The translations under genes and the position numbers were made by a program. From Bdellovibrionota bacterium FG-1 (GTDB lineage: Bacteria; Bdellovibrionota; UBA1018), in assembly GCA_051382295.1 (NCBI GenBank), contig JBBCAW010000055.1, positions 1 to 36,715 of the forward strand: a stretch of 36,715 bases of DNA, read 5' to 3'. The notes under the pieces are model-generated. The model was not told where the DNA came from. It saw only the letters and a program-made list of their open reading frames with translations, and did no database searches. Position 1 is the stretch's first letter, and every line of letters starts with the position of its first letter. Positions 34,946 to 36,715 of the stretch are shown here, piece by piece.

Positions 34946-36715
34946 AAATCAGGACAGGCACCCTTCGATTATTCAAAGCCCTGAGTATCATGACGGCCGT
35001 GATGGCCATCAGCGCGACCCTGCCCACCGAGTCTTTGGGAAACTCCAACGCCAAATACAGCGCAGTGGAAACGGTTCAAAAAAACACTGAAGCTCAGGTC
35101 CGACGACTGATTGAGCCGATCTTGGATAAATATTGCCAAGAAAGCTGCAAACTCCTTTCAGTGAGCACCATCGTCGATATGGCCACCGCGGATGAAGTGG
35201 CCCCGGGTTTTGATGAAGTCGAAGGCACATCCAAGGCCGCGGAGCTTGCGCCGAGTTCGGCCCGTGTCAAGCTATTGATCGATGACAAAGTCGGTCCGAT
35301 CTCGCGCCAAAAACTCACGGAACTCGTACAACAATTTTTAGATACGCTGGATTTTCCAGTTAAGATCGACACTCAGTTGGCCCACTTCCCCCAGCCGGTC
35401 GGGGCTGAAAGTCGTGTTGTTGAACTCAGGGATAAAATCATCCGACAGTTCCGTGGAACCATGGACGAACTGTTTAAACAGTTCTGCCCCGAACAGTGCT
35501 TGCTTGCGGATTTTAACATCGTAACCGAAACGGTGAATCCCGAAGAGGCCCAGTATGGGAAGCCCGGCGAATTCATTCAAGACTCCGGCGTAGCCCTCAA
35601 GATCAAAGACATTACGGGTACCATCCTCGTAGACGAAGCCCTCCCCCCCACCGAACGCAACAATATCGTTGAAATGGCTAAGCTCAAAGCGAATGTCTTT
35701 AGAAATGTCAATTTAACCGGAAAAACCCTTAAATTTCCGCATCCTAATTTATTTGTTAACGCCCAAGGCTTAGCCGTCGCGAGTGGGCCCAATGGCGGAC
35801 CTATTTCCGAGAAGGAAAAGAACGATTCTCGGTCTTTAGCCTCAACGAGCGATTCTAAAGAAGCAAAAACGATCACCAACGAATCCCTTCATAAATCGAC
35901 CGCTACCAACGCCAATCAGAATTCAGAAAACAACCAACGCCAAGAAAAATACGAACGCTTTGAAAAAATCGAGCGCGTGGAAAATGGCGACGCGGTACAA
36001 GCTGAACTACAAAAGTTCAAGGTTTTTGGGCTGATTTTCGCTTGTGCGGTCATCTCGTTGCTTATTTTCTTGGCGATGGCAAGCTACCGGCCTCATGGCG
36101 GAGGAGGTAGCGACTCCTCGCCCATCACTCGAATCATTCAAACGATTGCTCAAGATCCCACAGGTGGGATGTCCGGCCCGGCAACCTTGGGCCCCCCCTC
36201 GGCGAGCGAACATCGTGGGCTGGTCGCCATGCGTTTTGAGATCGAGCGCCTGACCGAGGAACTTACCGCGGTCTTTGCCCAACATCCCAAAGTAGCCAAG
36301 CAGGTGTTTAGCCGAGTCCTGACGGAGGAAGGCGTCGAGACGACCTCGCAATACATTCAGATCTTTGGCGAATCCATCGTGATGGACATGCTTCGCGACC
36401 CCTCTTTGCAGAGCGATCTCTCCGAACTCATGGAATTTTACGCTAAAAACCCCTCTGAACTCAAAGACGAAGAGAAGCTCGATCTTCTGCGCAAGCTTCA
36501 CAATCGCACGATCGCGGGCAAGCTGCTCGTCATGGGCAATCGCTCCTCCAACCTCTTTGACTTCTTGGCCGAAATGGATGGCCTCCAGATTCTCGAACTC
36601 GTGCGCAACGAATCCCTTACGGTAAAATCAATCGTATTGACCCAGGTGGATCCGCAAAAACGGGCGGCCATCTACTCCCAACTGGACGAAGAAACCCGAA
36701 TGCAGCTCTTAAGCG
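34942..36715 (+). CDS. FliF/FliG-like fusion membrane protein, 3'-truncated by the window (module B rotor candidate)
   Basis: Absent from the ORF track; I translated it by hand from ATG 34942 (ATGA overlap) and found no stop before the window end. Signal peptide, two tandem periplasmic repeats, TM at 36022-36081, FliF-tail-like QHPKVAKQVFSRVLTEE, FliG_M-like LFDFLAEMDGLQILELVRNESLTVKSIVLTQVDPQKRAAIYSQLDEETRMQLL. Confidence 0.85.
   Translation, partial: MKIRTGTLRLFKALSIMTAVMAISATLPTESLGNSNAKYSAVETVQKNTEAQVRRLIEPILDKYCQESCKLLSVSTIVDMATADEVAPGFDEVEGTSKAAELAPSSARVKLLIDDKVGPISRQKLTELVQQFLDTLDFPVKIDTQLAHFPQPVGAESRVVELRDKIIRQFRGTMDELFKQFCPEQCLLADFNIVTETVNPEEAQYGKPGEFIQDSGVALKIKDITGTILVDEALPPTERNNIVEMAKLKANVFRNVNLTGKTLKFPHPNLFVNAQGLAVASGPNGGPISEKEKNDSRSLASTSDSKEAKTITNESLHKSTATNANQNSENNQRQEKYERFEKIERVENGDAVQAELQKFKVFGLIFACAVISLLIFLAMASYRPHGGGGSDSSPITRIIQTIAQDPTGGMSGPATLGPPSASEHRGLVAMRFEIERLTEELTAVFAQHPKVAKQVFSRVLTEEGVETTSQYIQIFGESIVMDMLRDPSLQSDLSELMEFYAKNPSELKDEEKLDLLRKLHNRTIAGKLLVMGNRSSNLFDFLAEMDGLQILELVRNESLTVKSIVLTQVDPQKRAAIYSQLDEETRMQLLS
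35080..35745 (+). repeat. Tandem protein-level duplication (about 116-117 aa period)
   Basis: YCQESC (Cys 35134, 35146) and FCPEQC (Cys 35485, 35497) are 351 nt apart; FPQP (35386) and FPHP (35734) are 348 nt apart. Confidence 0.75.

Noticed and set aside
34785..36501. Short minus-strand and off-frame ORFs in the track at the right end
   Set aside because: All are explained as shadows of the uninterrupted plus-strand frame from 34942
36241..36715. FliG-like region as the MgtE N-terminal domain
   Set aside because: MgtE_N is related but lies at the N-terminus before CBS domains; here the region follows a signal peptide, periplasmic repeats, a TM and a FliF-like tail. Not fully excluded until the C-terminus is seen
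1..36715. CRISPR arrays, tRNA/rRNA genes, IS elements or prophage
   Set aside because: Intergenic gaps are short, and I saw no spaced repeats, cloverleaf-like sequence, or transposase, integrase or phage motifs by eye

Overview
Gene-dense bacterial chromosome segment, probably from a Bdellovibrionota/Oligoflexia-like diderm (inferred from an spd/mitochondrial-EFG1-type fusA, several motAB pairs, recurrent R-x-[PL]-A-S motifs and lipidated peptidases). The middle is mostly housekeeping: nth, polX-PHP, an S41 peptidase, gap-pgk-tpiA, a GH113-GT4-glycogen-debranching-like cluster, secG, fusA, orn, dCMP deaminase, pepN and xthA, with grxD-bolA at the far left. The notable signal is at the two ends. 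Three different motA-motB stator pairs lie within about 10 kb with no flagellar structural, export, switch or chemotaxis genes in the window. Two modules also share a parts list: a TPR lipoprotein, an outer-membrane beta-barrel protein and a single-pass membrane protein that looks like a natural FliF-FliG fusion (signal peptide, periplasmic ring-building-motif-like domain(s), one TM helix, cytoplasmic FliG-like armadillo region). Module A (minus strand, about 11521-7175) has its own translationally coupled motAB pair. Module B (plus strand, 33218 to the window end) includes a FliF/FliG-like ORF starting at 34942 that the ORF track omitted because it runs off the end. I interpret these as a candidate non-flagellar, trans-envelope ion-driven rotary machine. 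All homology calls are by eye and need HMM or structure confirmation. I saw no rRNA, tRNA, CRISPR array or mobile element.
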